Positions 51,094 to 61,284 of a DNA stretch of 64,000 nt are shown one piece after another. Position numbers and translations under genes: made by a program. Under the pieces are notes generated by a model. That model was not told where the DNA came from, searched no databases, and saw only the letters and a program-made list of their open reading frames with translations. The first letter of the stretch is position 1, and each line of letters begins with the position of its first letter. This DNA comes from Patescibacteria group bacterium (GTDB lineage: Bacteria > Patescibacteriota > Patescibacteriia > UBA11705 > DATKZF01), in assembly GCA_049319825.1 (NCBI GenBank), contig JBMORT010000006.1:299641-363640 (forward strand). Direction: 5' to 3'.

Positions 51094-52473
51094 TTATTGC
51101 GGCGGCGTCAACCCCCGCACTTCTTTTGATAAATTTTTAAAACTGGCCGTTTGCTCCTGGAAAAACAGCTTCACCAGACCGGTCGGGCCGTTTCTGTGCT
51201 TGGCGATGTGAATTTCAGCAATATTTTTTTCATCAGGAGGTATTTGTTCCGGTGAATAATTTCTGTCAGCGGTTTTTCTGTAAATAAATAATACCACGTC
51301 AGCATCCTGCTCGATTGAGCCGGACTCTCTGAGATGCGCGAGCTTGGGAATGGCCGGTTTATTCATTTCTACGGCGCGCGACAGCTGGGAAAGGGCCAAA
51401 ACCGGCACGTTCAGCTCGCGCGCGATGCCTTTGAGCGCGCGCGTGATCTCGGCCACTGCTTGCACGCGGCTTTCCGCATTGGCCCGGCTTTCCATGAGTT
51501 GAAGATAGTCGATGACAATCAGTCCGAGCCCGTGCTCAGCCTGCAGCCGGCGGGCTTTGGTTCTGATATCAATGACGTTGCACATGGCTGAGTCATCGAT
51601 GTATATCGGCGCTTCGGATAAAATGCCCATGGCATGGCCGATTCTGGGAAAGTCATCGTCTTCATCGCGGTCAGACAGCTTGCCTGTTCTCATTTTCCAC
51701 AGATCAACATTGGCCTGCGCGCAGAGCAGGCGGTCAACCAGCTGCTCTTTTGACATTTCCAGACTGAATAATCCCACCGGAACTTTTCCCTTCACCGCCG
51801 CCTGACGCGCGACATCGAGCGCCAGTGAAGTTTTTCCCACCGAAGGTCTGGCCGCCAGTATTACCAAATCAGACTTTTGCAATCCGCCGAGCAGATTATC
51901 CAGATCGCCGAATCCGGTGGGCGTGCCGCGCAGCTTGCCTTCGCCTTTATGGATTTCATCGATTCGGTCAAACGCTTCGTTTAGGATGCTGTCTATCGGA
52001 ACAAAAGATTTTTTCAAATGCTTCTGAGACACGGAAAAGAGCTTTTGCTCTGACAGGTCTAGCAATTTATCAATCTCCTGCTCTTCATTATATCCTATTT
52101 CAGTAATTTCTGTCGCGGCTTCGAGCAGCCGTCGCCTGGTGGCTTTTTTTTGAATGATGTTGGCGTAATGGGCGGCGTGGCTTGAGGTGGGAACAATATT
52201 AGACAGCTCGGTCAAATAGCTTCGGCCGCCGATTTTTTCGAGCAAATGATTTTCTTCGAGCGCGTTGCTCAAAGTCAAAAAGTCAATCGGCTCCTGATTG
52301 GAATAGAGCTTTCTCATCTGCTCAAAAATGATTCGGTGCCGGTCTCGGTAAAAATCTTCAGGATCAATGATATCAGCTATTTTAAGAAATGCTTCTTTGT
52401 CAATCAAAAGAGAACCCAAAAGCGATTGTTCAGCTTCGAGATTTTGGGGTGGGATTTTTGTGGGGTCGTCCAT
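51094..52473 (-). CDS. dnaB: Replicative DNA helicase DnaB
   Basis: N-terminal QNLEAEQSLLGSLL, Walker A, SLEMS motif. Confidence 0.9.
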   Translation of the reverse strand: MDDPTKIPPQNLEAEQSLLGSLLIDKEAFLKIADIIDPEDFYRDRHRIIFEQMRKLYSNQEPIDFLTLSNALEENHLLEKIGGRSYLTELSNIVPTSSHAAHYANIIQKKATRRRLLEAATEITEIGYNEEQEIDKLLDLSEQKLFSVSQKHLKKSFVPIDSILNEAFDRIDEIHKGEGKLRGTPTGFGDLDNLLGGLQKSDLVILAARPSVGKTSLALDVARQAAVKGKVPVGLFSLEMSKEQLVDRLLCAQANVDLWKMRTGKLSDRDEDDDFPRIGHAMGILSEAPIYIDDSAMCNVIDIRTKARRLQAEHGLGLIVIDYLQLMESRANAESRVQAVAEITRALKGIARELNVPVLALSQLSRAVEMNKPAIPKLAHLRESGSIEQDADVVLFIYRKTADRNYSPEQIPPDEKNIAEIHIAKHRNGPTGLVKLFFQEQTASFKNLSKEVRGLTPPQ

Positions 52474-52593
52474 AATTGGTGATTAGAAATTGGAAAATGG
52501 AAATTAGGGCACTGGAAATTGGAAAATTGTGCCTTCATTTTATCTAAAAAAAACTTGCGAGGCAAGTTGAAAAGGTGTGGGGAATGGGGATTT

Positions 52594-52622
52594 GACAATG
52601 TTTGACTTTGTGATACAATTAA
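52594..52622 (+). promoter_or_regulatory. Sigma70-like promoter TTGACA-N16-TGATACAAT
   Basis: Near-consensus -35 and extended -10, upstream of a strong GGAAGGGAGAAGAGGAG Shine-Dalgarno site and the ATG at 52666. Confidence 0.45.
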
Positions 52623-52665
52623 GCATTCCTACGTCTGCATGGAAGGGAGAAGAGGAGAAAAGGCC

Positions 52666-53262
52666 ATGGCAAAACCGTGTGGAAATGAGATTTTCAGTAT
52701 AATTGTAAATGCTGTCCTCGAGGCGGGCGGCAATGATGAGGATTTGCGGAGAATTCTCAAAGAGCCGGAATTGGCAAAGAAGATTGCCGAACTGATCGTC
52801 CAAAAAAGAAATCCTACCACTGAAGTCTTTAGAGTAGCAGTTGACTACAGCATGTCGCTGGATGAGATGATCGCTGCCGGTCACTACGACTGGATGAACA
52901 GCGACATCACTGCCAAGCACTTCCCAGTCTCGGGTGGAGGCCAGCGAGAGGTTGAATTGGAACTGGTCCATTTGAACAGAGAGGCCAGCACAGCGTATGT
53001 TCTGGAAGAGTTGGAGCGACGAGGCCTACGCCCCGCCAAGATCGCGGAACTGCTGGCTTTGGGTGCCAATCATCCTGAGCTTCAGAAGCAATTCCCGATC
53101 ATTGCTTTCGGCTCGGTTTGGCGCGATCCAAGCGGTCTTCACTACCTGCCTTTTCTGCGTGGGCGAAGTGACGAGCGCGACCTGGACCTCTACGACTACG
53201 ACTTTCACTGGCCTTTCAAGTGTCGGTTCCTGGCCGTCCGCGAGGAGGCGGATAGTCAGTAA
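52666..53262 (+). CDS. Hypothetical protein
   Basis: ORF behind a promoter-like site and a strong Shine-Dalgarno site; no recognised motifs. Confidence 0.4.
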   Translation: MAKPCGNEIFSIIVNAVLEAGGNDEDLRRILKEPELAKKIAELIVQKRNPTTEVFRVAVDYSMSLDEMIAAGHYDWMNSDITAKHFPVSGGGQREVELELVHLNREASTAYVLEELERRGLRPAKIAELLALGANHPELQKQFPIIAFGSVWRDPSGLHYLPFLRGRSDERDLDLYDYDFHWPFKCRFLAVREEADSQ

Positions 53263-53319
53263 AATAAAATAAGCCGCTTTTCGACTCATTAAGAAGCGGT
53301 TTTTGTTTCCTTTTCGGTC

Positions 53320-53890
53320 ATTTCGATCGGAGGGCCGACAAAAGAGGCCCTGAGTGCAGAAATTTTTTTAATACCTTCCTCCACTATCGGTCATTTCGAC
53401 CAAGCCCGGAGGGCGCGTGGAGAAATCCCTTTTTAAAAACCCTCAGCCAGATCTTTCCATCCCGGATTATCCATTGAAATAAGTATTTCTTTTTTATCTC
53501 TTCTCCATCGTTTGATTTGTTTTTCCCGGGCGATGGCATCCGTGGGGTTATCAAAGACTTCGTAGTGAACTAATTTGTGCCATTGGTATCTTTTGGTGAA
53601 ACATTCATTGATATCATTTTTATGTTCGCTAACTCTTCTTTCAATATCATTTGTCATGCCGATGTATAGTGTTCCGCTTTCGCTGGCCATGATGTAGGTG
53701 TAGTAGTCGTTGGGCATAGTTTTTGAAAATATTATTACGAAGGGATTTCTCCATTCCGCTCCCCCTCGACTCCGCTCGGGGTCGCTCCAGTCGAAATGAC
53801 CGGTTGGGACTTCGCTCCGCTCAGTCGGCGACCTGTCCTGAGCCGTGTCGAGCGAATGCAGGAATCCAGGAAAAATCATCTGGACACCTG
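53320..53890 (-). mobile_element. GIY-YIG mini-element: gene flanked by inverted repeats (CGGTCATTTCGA...GGAGAAATCCCT / AGGGATTTCTCC...TCGAAATGACCG)
   Basis: Inverted repeats at 53325-53432 and 53741-53830; solo copies at 31738-31915. Confidence 0.6.
53433..53717 (-). CDS. GIY-YIG nuclease family protein (paralogue of 20936-21226)
   Basis: MPNDYYTYIMASESGTLYIGMTNDIERRVSEHK; the upstream ORF extension lies in the inverted repeat. Confidence 0.7.
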   Translation of the reverse strand: MPNDYYTYIMASESGTLYIGMTNDIERRVSEHKNDINECFTKRYQWHKLVHYEVFDNPTDAIAREKQIKRWRRDKKEILISMDNPGWKDLAEGF

Positions 53891-53914
53891 CCTGCGCAGG
53901 TGTGACATCGTTTT

Positions 53915-54751
53915 TTATTTATTTCGATGCAGCTTCAGCACGTTTTCCAAAAGCATGGCCACGGTCATCGGCCCGACGCCGCCCGGGACAGGGGAGATGA
54001 AGCTCGTTTTTTCGCAGACATCGAAGAAATTAACATCGCCCACGGTCTCGCCGTCCACCTGATTTATTCCCACATCAATTACTATGGCGCCTTCTTTTAT
54101 CATGTCTTTGGTCACAAACTCCGGCTGGCCGATGGCCACGATCAAAATATCAGCCTCAGCTGGCAGCTTTGGCATGTCTTTGTGGGTAGTAGCGATCGCT
54201 TGTACATCATTATCCTTGCCCAAAAGATAATCAAGCGGCTCGGAAAACAGCTTGGAATTGCAGAGTATGACGACTTTTTTATTTTTCAACTCTTGGCCGG
54301 TCGCTTTCAGCAGCTCGAGAATTCCTAGGGCGGCCGGGGAAATTATAAAGGGCTTGCCCGATCGCAGCTTTTTTAAGTTTTCCGGGTGAAAGCCGTCAAC
54401 GTCTTTTTTCGGATCGATGGCCGAAATGATTTTATCCTCATTTAAGCTTGCCGGCAGGGGAAGCTGGACTAAAATCCCGTCAATTTCAGGATCAGCATTT
54501 AAAAATTCGATTGCTTCGATAATATCCTTGTCTTTATAATCGCCCTCGAAAAAATATTTGTGAAAACTTATGCCCGTATATTCGCAAGCTTTCCTTTTTA
54601 GCCTGACATATTGCGCGGATGCCGGATCATTGCCGATTAAAATGGCAGCCAGACCGGGCTTGTCTGACATTTCGCGCACCCGGCTCCTGATTTCATCTTT
54701 GAATTTTTGGGCAATGACTTTGCCGTCAATTATTCTTGAACAGTTTTTCAT
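53915..54751 (-). CDS. folD: Methylenetetrahydrofolate dehydrogenase/cyclohydrolase FolD
   Basis: IDGKVIAQK..., ILVQLPLP and GGVGPMT motifs. Confidence 0.9.
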   Translation of the reverse strand: MKNCSRIIDGKVIAQKFKDEIRSRVREMSDKPGLAAILIGNDPASAQYVRLKRKACEYTGISFHKYFFEGDYKDKDIIEAIEFLNADPEIDGILVQLPLPASLNEDKIISAIDPKKDVDGFHPENLKKLRSGKPFIISPAALGILELLKATGQELKNKKVVILCNSKLFSEPLDYLLGKDNDVQAIATTHKDMPKLPAEADILIVAIGQPEFVTKDMIKEGAIVIDVGINQVDGETVGDVNFFDVCEKTSFISPVPGGVGPMTVAMLLENVLKLHRNK

Positions 54752-55170
54752 ATTAAAAAGTTATTAAGATTGACACAGCCATTTTACTGCAGTAAAATTT
54801 AATTAAGAAAAATAATTGTAAATATTTCTGATAATAATGAAGTCACAACCAATGAATTAATGGAGTTTCTGCAGGAAAACATGGCGACTAAAGCGGATTT
54901 GGAAGAGCTTCGAATGGCGACCAAAGCGGATTTAGGTATATTGAAACATGAGATATTTGATCACCTGGATGAAAAGATGGCTGATCAGCGAGGTGATTTG
55001 GTTTTTTAATGCGCAAAGAAGACACAAAAATGCTTAGACTGTGCGAAATGCTCAAAGAAAAGGAAATTCTCGCCGATGAGGAGATTAAAGAAATTTTGGG
55101 CATGGAACCTTTTCCCAAGCTGATGTTGTAATTTATTCACGCAAAAGTTTATCCATCAGATGGACTTTTT

Positions 55171-56469
55171 TTATTTGCCGGAAATCAGTTCGGTGTAAAT
55201 CGGATATTTCGACACCAATTCTCGCACCGTATCTTTGGTTTCTTTTTGGATTTTGGCATCATCAATATTTTTAATGATTTTGGCAATGGCTTGGCCAATC
55301 AATTTCATTTCATATTCTTTCATGCCGCGGCTGGTCAAGGCCGGAGTGCCTAATCTCAAGCCTGACGGATCGGTCGGAGGACGTCGGTCAAACGGAATGA
55401 CGTTTTTATTGGTATAAATGCCGGCTGAATCCAACACGGTCTCGACCTGCTTGCCGGAAACAGATTCATTTTTCAAATTGATCAAAATCAGATGATTGTC
55501 AGTGCCGCCGGAAACCAGCTCAATGCCCTCGGCCAATAGCGACTCGGCCAGCGACCGGGCGTTGGCGATCACTTGTTTTTGGTAAACGATAAATTCCGGT
55601 TCCAAGGCTTCTTTGAACGCCACCGCTTTGGCGGCGATCACATGCTCAAGCGGTCCTCCTTGAAGACCGGGAAAAACGGCCGAATCGATCATTTGCGCCA
55701 AGTCTTTTTTTGAATCCGGGTGGTATTTGTCATGGAGTCTGTCCGATTTTTTATTGAGTATGATTGCTCCTCTCGGTCCGCGCAATGTTTTATGCGTGGT
55801 GGTGGTCACAACATCGGCGAACGCGACCGGATCGGGATGGAGTTTGGCCGCCACTAATCCGGCGATGTGCGCCATGTCCACCATCAGATAAGCGCCGACT
55901 TCTTTGGCAATATCAAAGAATGCGGCAAAGTCGATTAGGCGCGGATATGCTGACGCGCCGGCTAAGATTAGTTTCGGCTGCTCGCGCCTGGCGATTTCTC
56001 GGATTTGATTATAATCGATTCGTTCAGTCTCCGGATCGACTCCGTAGCCGGATACATTATAAAATTTTCCGGAAAAATTCACTTTATGTCCGTGCGTCAA
56101 ATGTCCGCCGGCGGCCAGATCCATGGCCAGTATTTTGTCTCCGTGTTCGAGTAAGGCGAAGTAAGCGGCCAGATTAGCCGGCGAGCCGGCATGCGGCTGG
56201 ACATTGGCATGTTCAGCGCCAAAAAGCTGCTTGGCGCGATCAATGGCCAGCTGCTCGATTTGGTCAATGTATTCATTGCCACCGTAGTATCGTTTTTGCG
56301 GATAGCCTTCGGAATATTTATTAGTTAGCGGAGATCCGAGAGCTTCCAGCACGGCCATGGAAACAATATTTTCAGAAGCAATCATTTCCAGACCATTGTT
56401 TTGCCGATTAATTTCATTTTTTATCAGGTCGTAGACTTGCTGGTCGCTTTGTTTTAGGTGGTTGAACAT
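55171..56469 (-). CDS. glyA: Serine hydroxymethyltransferase
   Basis: Full-length SHMT with the PLP-lysine region [13 protein letters not shown]. Confidence 0.95.
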   Translation of the reverse strand: MFNHLKQSDQQVYDLIKNEINRQNNGLEMIASENIVSMAVLEALGSPLTNKYSEGYPQKRYYGGNEYIDQIEQLAIDRAKQLFGAEHANVQPHAGSPANLAAYFALLEHGDKILAMDLAAGGHLTHGHKVNFSGKFYNVSGYGVDPETERIDYNQIREIARREQPKLILAGASAYPRLIDFAAFFDIAKEVGAYLMVDMAHIAGLVAAKLHPDPVAFADVVTTTTHKTLRGPRGAIILNKKSDRLHDKYHPDSKKDLAQMIDSAVFPGLQGGPLEHVIAAKAVAFKEALEPEFIVYQKQVIANARSLAESLLAEGIELVSGGTDNHLILINLKNESVSGKQVETVLDSAGIYTNKNVIPFDRRPPTDPSGLRLGTPALTSRGMKEYEMKLIGQAIAKIIKNIDDAKIQKETKDTVRELVSKYPIYTELISGK

Positions 56470-56640
56470 AATTGTTGATTGTTAATTGCCACTTTCCCAA
56501 AGGGAAGCCTTCGGTTCGTGACAAGATTGGCAAGGATTGATTGTTATAAGAAAGACGCTGGGCGAGACACGAGATACGCAAGGCAATAGGCAAAAGCCTG
56601 ACTTGATCGTCGTTGAAGGGGCAATAGTCCATAGTAACGT

Positions 56641-56692
56641 ACTACTGCCTACCTGCCTGCCGGTCAGGCAGGCTGCCTCTTGCCTACTGCCT
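56641..56692. repeat. CTACTGCC/CCTGCCTGCCGGTCAGGCAGG palindromic repeat (copy)
   Basis: See 3999-4052. Confidence 0.8.
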
Positions 56693-56852
56693 CATAACCT
56701 TCCATGACTTAATACTATCAAAAAAATAGATTTCTTCAAACTTATTCACATATTCTCCTCATTTTTTCTTTTCCATCTCCGTGGTATGTTTTATAATGTA
56801 AAATGGGGAAAATAAAGATAAAAACCAAAACAAAAAGCAAATCGGAGGATTC

Positions 56853-57563
56853 ATGACGGATTTGTCAGCCGCCAGCAGAAAAGAGCTCATCCAAGAGATT
56901 TCTGGGTTGCGTGACAGGATCGGTCGGCTCGAATCCATATTGAAAGCCATTGATTTTCCTGAGGTATTGATCGAATATTGGGATGATACCATCGGTTCAT
57001 TTTTGGCGGTCATGCAAATCATCGATCCCACTACCGCGGATCATCAAAAATGCGTATCCAAACTGGCTCGTCAAATCGCGCTTACCATGAATCTGTCAGC
57101 GGGCATTGTTACTTCCTGCCAGATGAGCGGTTTGACTCATGATATCGGCAAGTTAGCGGTGCCGACCAGATTTCTGACCAAACCAAATACGCTTGATCCT
57201 CATGAATTCAATTGCATCGTTCAGCATACGGTTGCCGGACATCAAATTTTGCGAGGCATCAAATGGCCTTGGCCCGTGGCCAATGTCGCCTTGCAGCATC
57301 ATGAAAAGATGGATGGCAGCGGGTATCCGCACAAATTGAAAGGCGAGCAAGCCTGTCTCGAGGCTCGGATCGTGGCCGTGGCCGATGTGGTGCACGCGAT
57401 GTGTTCGCGACGTCCATACCGCGAAGCCATGAGTTTGCAGCAGGCTTTCGATGAGATTTCAACGCAAGCTGGCATAAGGCTTTATCAGCCCGCGGTTCAT
57501 GCATGCCTTCATGCATTCAAGGATGGCTTCAGTTTTGGTCAATTATCTTCAAATCCCAATTAA
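56853..57563 (+). CDS. HD-GYP domain phosphodiesterase
   Basis: HDIGKLAVP and HHEKMDGSGYP motifs. Confidence 0.8.
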   Translation: MTDLSAASRKELIQEISGLRDRIGRLESILKAIDFPEVLIEYWDDTIGSFLAVMQIIDPTTADHQKCVSKLARQIALTMNLSAGIVTSCQMSGLTHDIGKLAVPTRFLTKPNTLDPHEFNCIVQHTVAGHQILRGIKWPWPVANVALQHHEKMDGSGYPHKLKGEQACLEARIVAVADVVHAMCSRRPYREAMSLQQAFDEISTQAGIRLYQPAVHACLHAFKDGFSFGQLSSNPN

Positions 57564-57660
57564 CCCATGGCTTACAGTCATGGGCTTTTCTTTTATTGAC
57601 ATATATCTTTTCACGGGGTAAAGTGAATTATCGCCAGTTCTTTAATTTAGGGGGAAAATC

Positions 57661-58608
57661 GTGAGTGAAGAAAGCCCAGAGCAGCAACTGCGACTGACGA
57701 TTCGGAAATTGCAAGAAATGGCCTTTTCATTACGCGATTTTGACAACCGTATCAATAATGGGTTGAGCGCCATCGGCCGAGTCGATCAACGAGCGGCTTT
57801 GTTGTTAACGGCTCAGCTGGAAATTCCATTCAGCATACATAAGCTTTTTACCGTGGCTCCAAATCAAATGGTGTCTTTATTGCTTAAGGTCATTCAGATT
57901 TTAACCGATAATTTCGACGCTCTTATTGCCATGCAACAAAATTTGGAGAAAAACGATCAATCGATTGTGCGGCCCGGTGCTTTTGAGGAAATATCATCCG
58001 CTAATTGTCGCCGGACTCCCACGGTGGTTATCGGCAATGACAGGCGCCCTAATATCGCTCACCGGCCGACGGTGGTGATGTCCAAGCTGAATCCGTGCGA
58101 CCTGCCGCCCGTAAGCCAAGTAAGCCAACGACCAAATCCGCCTGGATCGGGGCAGGCCGGGAAAACTCAATTCGGCATGGCTGCGGTCAAGATGCCTGAT
58201 TCATCTTCCTGTTTGATCACGAATGATTCGTCAGCGAACGATAAGCCTGATTGGCAATGGTTTGAGTCGTTTGATTGCGATAGATGGGTTTCCACTATTC
58301 ATCCTCGGCAGGTGGTGGCCTTAATGATGTATTTTGCCGGACCGTCTCGAAGCTGGACGGCAAGCGATTTGCTTGCGGAAATGAACAAATCTCCTTTTCC
58401 GTTTAACAGCATCTCTCCCACGAGATTAAAAATGATGCTCATTCGGTGGAATAAATTTGTTCCCGGAGAAAATGCGGTCATATTGTACCAAAAGACCCAA
58501 AACGTGATTGGCGGAGAACTGGCTTATGTGCTTTCCGCGGAAGGAATTTTTACTGTAAAACTTTTAATAAATGAAAAAAAATCCCAGTTGAATGCGGAGA
58601 AAAAATAA
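57661..58608 (+). CDS. Hypothetical protein (315 aa)
   Basis: Intact ORF; no recognised motifs. Confidence 0.35.
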   Translation: MSEESPEQQLRLTIRKLQEMAFSLRDFDNRINNGLSAIGRVDQRAALLLTAQLEIPFSIHKLFTVAPNQMVSLLLKVIQILTDNFDALIAMQQNLEKNDQSIVRPGAFEEISSANCRRTPTVVIGNDRRPNIAHRPTVVMSKLNPCDLPPVSQVSQRPNPPGSGQAGKTQFGMAAVKMPDSSSCLITNDSSANDKPDWQWFESFDCDRWVSTIHPRQVVALMMYFAGPSRSWTASDLLAEMNKSPFPFNSISPTRLKMMLIRWNKFVPGENAVILYQKTQNVIGGELAYVLSAEGIFTVKLLINEKKSQLNAEKK

Positions 58609-58684
58609 AAGACGACTGCACGAGGTCGCCTTTTTAAATTTAAATACGAAACACGACGGGCAATAGGCGATAGTAACGCGTCAA

Positions 58685-58798
58685 GCTACTGCCTACCTGC
58701 CTGCCGGTCAGGCAGGCTGCCGCTGGCCTGCCAGCCGCCCTGTCCACCGAAGCCGCAGCGAAGGTGGAAGCTGTTGCGAAGGCTGGCCTACTGCCTAA
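58685..58798. repeat. CTACTGCC/CCTGCCTGCCGGTCAGGCAGG palindromic repeat (extended copy)
   Basis: See 3999-4052. Confidence 0.8.
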
Positions 58799-58854
58799 AT
58801 ATCGTTTTTCGACTTTGTTTAGCGGTTATCGAATTATAACCTACAACCTACCGC

Positions 58855-59427
58855 CTATTCCGCGCAATCGGACAGCATGTCAGCAGGGAAGCCGTATTCT
58901 GACAAATTGCAGGGGATTTGGCCATTGCCATCGAAAACTATTTGCCACTCGCCATTGACTTTCGCCGCTAAAAATATGCCGCCCTCGCCGCCCGGCTCGA
59001 ACGTCACTCCGCCGCGCGCGTGATCAGCTGTTTCTTTTTCCACGCGGACTGTGACAGTATCCGCGTATTTCGGATATTTTTCAGTGAATAACTGTTGGAT
59101 TGAATCTTGTGCTGATTCCGCCATTGGAATCAATCCGGTGCAGCGCCAGTTAATTTCCGCTGTTTTGGTCTCTTCCGAGACAACGCAGGCCGGATTGCAG
59201 CCTTCTTTTGAGACATTTAAATTGGCGTCAAACCACCAGGTCTTGGTGTTTTCATTATAATATCCCGGTTCGAGCGATTCGCCGCCTTTGATGCAAGTTT
59301 TTTCAGCAATGGCTCGGGCTTCAGGCTCGGTTAAACTGCTCTGGGCTGTCGGAGCTTGAAAATACGAGCAGCCGGTTAAAACTAGCGCAATGGCGCAGAC
59401 GAGGATGAGAAGGTGTGTTTTTTTCAT
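58855..59427 (-). CDS. Lipoprotein (hypothetical)
   Basis: Signal peptide with LVLTGC lipobox. Confidence 0.5.
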   Translation of the reverse strand: MKKTHLLILVCAIALVLTGCSYFQAPTAQSSLTEPEARAIAEKTCIKGGESLEPGYYNENTKTWWFDANLNVSKEGCNPACVVSEETKTAEINWRCTGLIPMAESAQDSIQQLFTEKYPKYADTVTVRVEKETADHARGGVTFEPGGEGGIFLAAKVNGEWQIVFDGNGQIPCNLSEYGFPADMLSDCAE

Positions 59428-59592
59428 AAATTTGTATTAATTTTTTTCATTTGTTATTGGCTTCATGTTTTATATCGCGGCTCATGTTGGATGCACCGTC
59501 AAATCATCATTCTAAGCTTCATCCCACACCAATTATACAAAATCCGCCCTCAATTTGCAATAAAAAACGACCATTTTGGCCGTATTGATTTA

Positions 59593-59613
59593 TTGGATTG
59601 TCAGCGCACCGAC
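59593..59613. repeat. 18-bp direct repeat TTTATTGGATTGTCAGCG (second copy at 60643-60660; degenerate copy in the promoter at 60535-60552)
   Basis: Exact 18/18 identity between the flanking copies. Confidence 0.8.
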
Positions 59614-59669
59614 TAAAAGATCAAAAAACCGGAAGGTTTCAATGTTTTAGGCAATGTTGAACCTGCCGG

Positions 59670-60482
59670 TTAGTAATAACTCCTTTTTTTCTTTGCGCGC
59701 CCACGAGTATGCCGTAAGCGAGGCGGTGGAGCTGTCTTAAATGCTTCTTCGAACGTGATGCCGTTACGCTTTGCGTACTGGTACAGGTACATCTGATCGG
59801 CGTTGCAGAGCGCTTCACCGTTGGGACCTCGACGGTGTGGTTTTTCCCACGTTTGACACCACGACATGGCGCACAATTCCGGTGTGCCAGGGGCGGTGAC
59901 GATACCCTTAATGGCGTCCACCGCGAGGGCTGTCCAGTCACGACCATTGTAGCGTCGGGACGTGAGCAGTTTGAGGTAGGAGCGGCAGGAGCCGCAAGCA
60001 TGCACGTTCTCCCTCACGATCGTCGATTTGTCGGGAACCACTTCTTCGTCGCACCACGGCAGACAGCACGGAACAGTTTTAGGTGGTTCGGGCTTCCAGT
60101 TTTTCGGCTTCATTCGCTTGAAGGCCTCTTCGATCGAGATGCCATCCCTCACCGAGTGTTCCCATGCCAACTGGTAGCACGGGGTGCACACGTGCAGAAG
60201 ACCGATTGTCCGACGAATTTTCGGGCCGGCACCCTCGGGCAGTGCCACACCGCAGTTTTCCCTCGCACATGTCGTCGCGATGCGAGGCAGGGGGCGTTGC
60301 GGCTCAGGCGCGCCGTTCCTAAGGATTTCTTCCTTCGGGGTCCCCGTTTTTTTTTCGAGCTCCCAGATGCGTTGGTAGCATCCGCGGCAAAGCTCGACGC
60401 CGTCGATTTTCCGCGGTGCTTTGCCGGCAACGCGAGCCGACGGTTTAGTGCACCCTGGAGCGCCACATATTTTGTTCATCAT
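59670..60482 (-). CDS. Cys-rich internal-repeat protein (CxxC ... G(I/T)(S/T)xEEAFK modules), high GC
   Basis: 270 aa, 3 repeats of a ~60-aa module with paired Cys; its own promoter (60521-60551) and terminators. Confidence 0.5.
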   Translation of the reverse strand: MMNKICGAPGCTKPSARVAGKAPRKIDGVELCRGCYQRIWELEKKTGTPKEEILRNGAPEPQRPLPRIATTCARENCGVALPEGAGPKIRRTIGLLHVCTPCYQLAWEHSVRDGISIEEAFKRMKPKNWKPEPPKTVPCCLPWCDEEVVPDKSTIVRENVHACGSCRSYLKLLTSRRYNGRDWTALAVDAIKGIVTAPGTPELCAMSWCQTWEKPHRRGPNGEALCNADQMYLYQYAKRNGITFEEAFKTAPPPRLRHTRGRAKKKRSYY

Positions 60483-60520
60483 CTATCCTCCATTATGACG
60501 ATTACGAAATTGCGACAATT

Positions 60521-60551
60521 ATTTGTATCATGTTTTTATTGGGATTGTCAA
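60521..60551 (-). promoter_or_regulatory. Promoter-like TTGACA-N17-TGATACAAA for the Cys-rich gene
   Basis: Minus-strand reading ttgacaatcccaataaaaacatgatacaaat; GGAGGA Shine-Dalgarno before the ATG. Confidence 0.4.
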
Positions 60552-60611
60552 TGTTAAAAATATCTCGCTTGAATATAGGGCGGAACATTATATTTTCCCT
60601 TCCCCGGGGCA

Positions 60612-60640
60612 ATAAAAAAACGGCCTTTCGGCCGTTTTGA
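60612..60640. terminator. Bidirectional intrinsic terminator (ACGGCCTTTCGGCCGT with an A-tract and a T-tract)
   Basis: Perfect stem with poly-A upstream and poly-T downstream. Confidence 0.6.
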
Positions 60641-60711
60641 GTTTATTGGATTGTCAGCGTCACCTCCCCAAAAAATAAAATTCTAAAAAAGTTTTAATGC
60701 TTGCGTAACTG

Positions 60712-61242
60712 TTAAAATTTTAGTTCTTTAATGGAATCAAGATCGATACCGTATTTTTTATAAACATCGATGGTGTTCATTGAGGTGATTCGGGAAGGAT
60801 TAAATCCGATTCGCTCGGCCATGCTTTCAACCTCAGCGGCTGAGCCGGCTTCGATTTCAAGATATGGAGGAATTTGCGGCCAGGAATCAATGTCGATTTC
60901 AATGTTATCCAAGATGTAGCGCGTCCGTTTGTTTTCCTGGTAGCTTTTGACAAAATATCCGAGTTTTTCCATTAGCAGATTGGTTTTCTCAAAGTCATCA
61001 ACAATTATTTCAAGTTCCCGCGTCCCATCTATTCTGTCGTTTTGAATTTCTTTGACAGTCAAAGTCGTCTTTTCGCCATCAGTCCTCAGTCTGATCCAGG
61101 AATTGTCTTTTTTGGGATTAAAATCATAAATGTATCTTCTTTGCATTTTTTCGCTGACTTTATCGGCTCCCAACTTATTGAGTTTGTCGATGACTTCATC
61201 AATATTGATTTCGAGTATTTTAACTTCGTATTCGGTTGTCAT
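60712..61242 (-). CDS. CYTH-domain protein (triphosphatase / class IV adenylyl-cyclase-like)
   Basis: N-terminal EYEVKILEI and CYTH-like beta-barrel pattern; the annotated upstream extension lies in a repeat. Confidence 0.6.
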   Translation of the reverse strand: MTTEYEVKILEINIDEVIDKLNKLGADKVSEKMQRRYIYDFNPKKDNSWIRLRTDGEKTTLTVKEIQNDRIDGTRELEIIVDDFEKTNLLMEKLGYFVKSYQENKRTRYILDNIEIDIDSWPQIPPYLEIEAGSAAEVESMAERIGFNPSRITSMNTIDVYKKYGIDLDSIKELKF

Positions 61243-61284
61243 AAATAATATAAATAATTTAACATATCTGGATGAACAAGTTTT

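Noticed and set aside
53433-53879. Full 148-aa ORF as the GIY-YIG protein
   Set aside because: The N-terminal 54 residues are encoded by the flanking inverted repeat (...SDPERSRGGAEWRNP...). The paralogue and the family consensus support a start at MPNDYYTYIM (53717).
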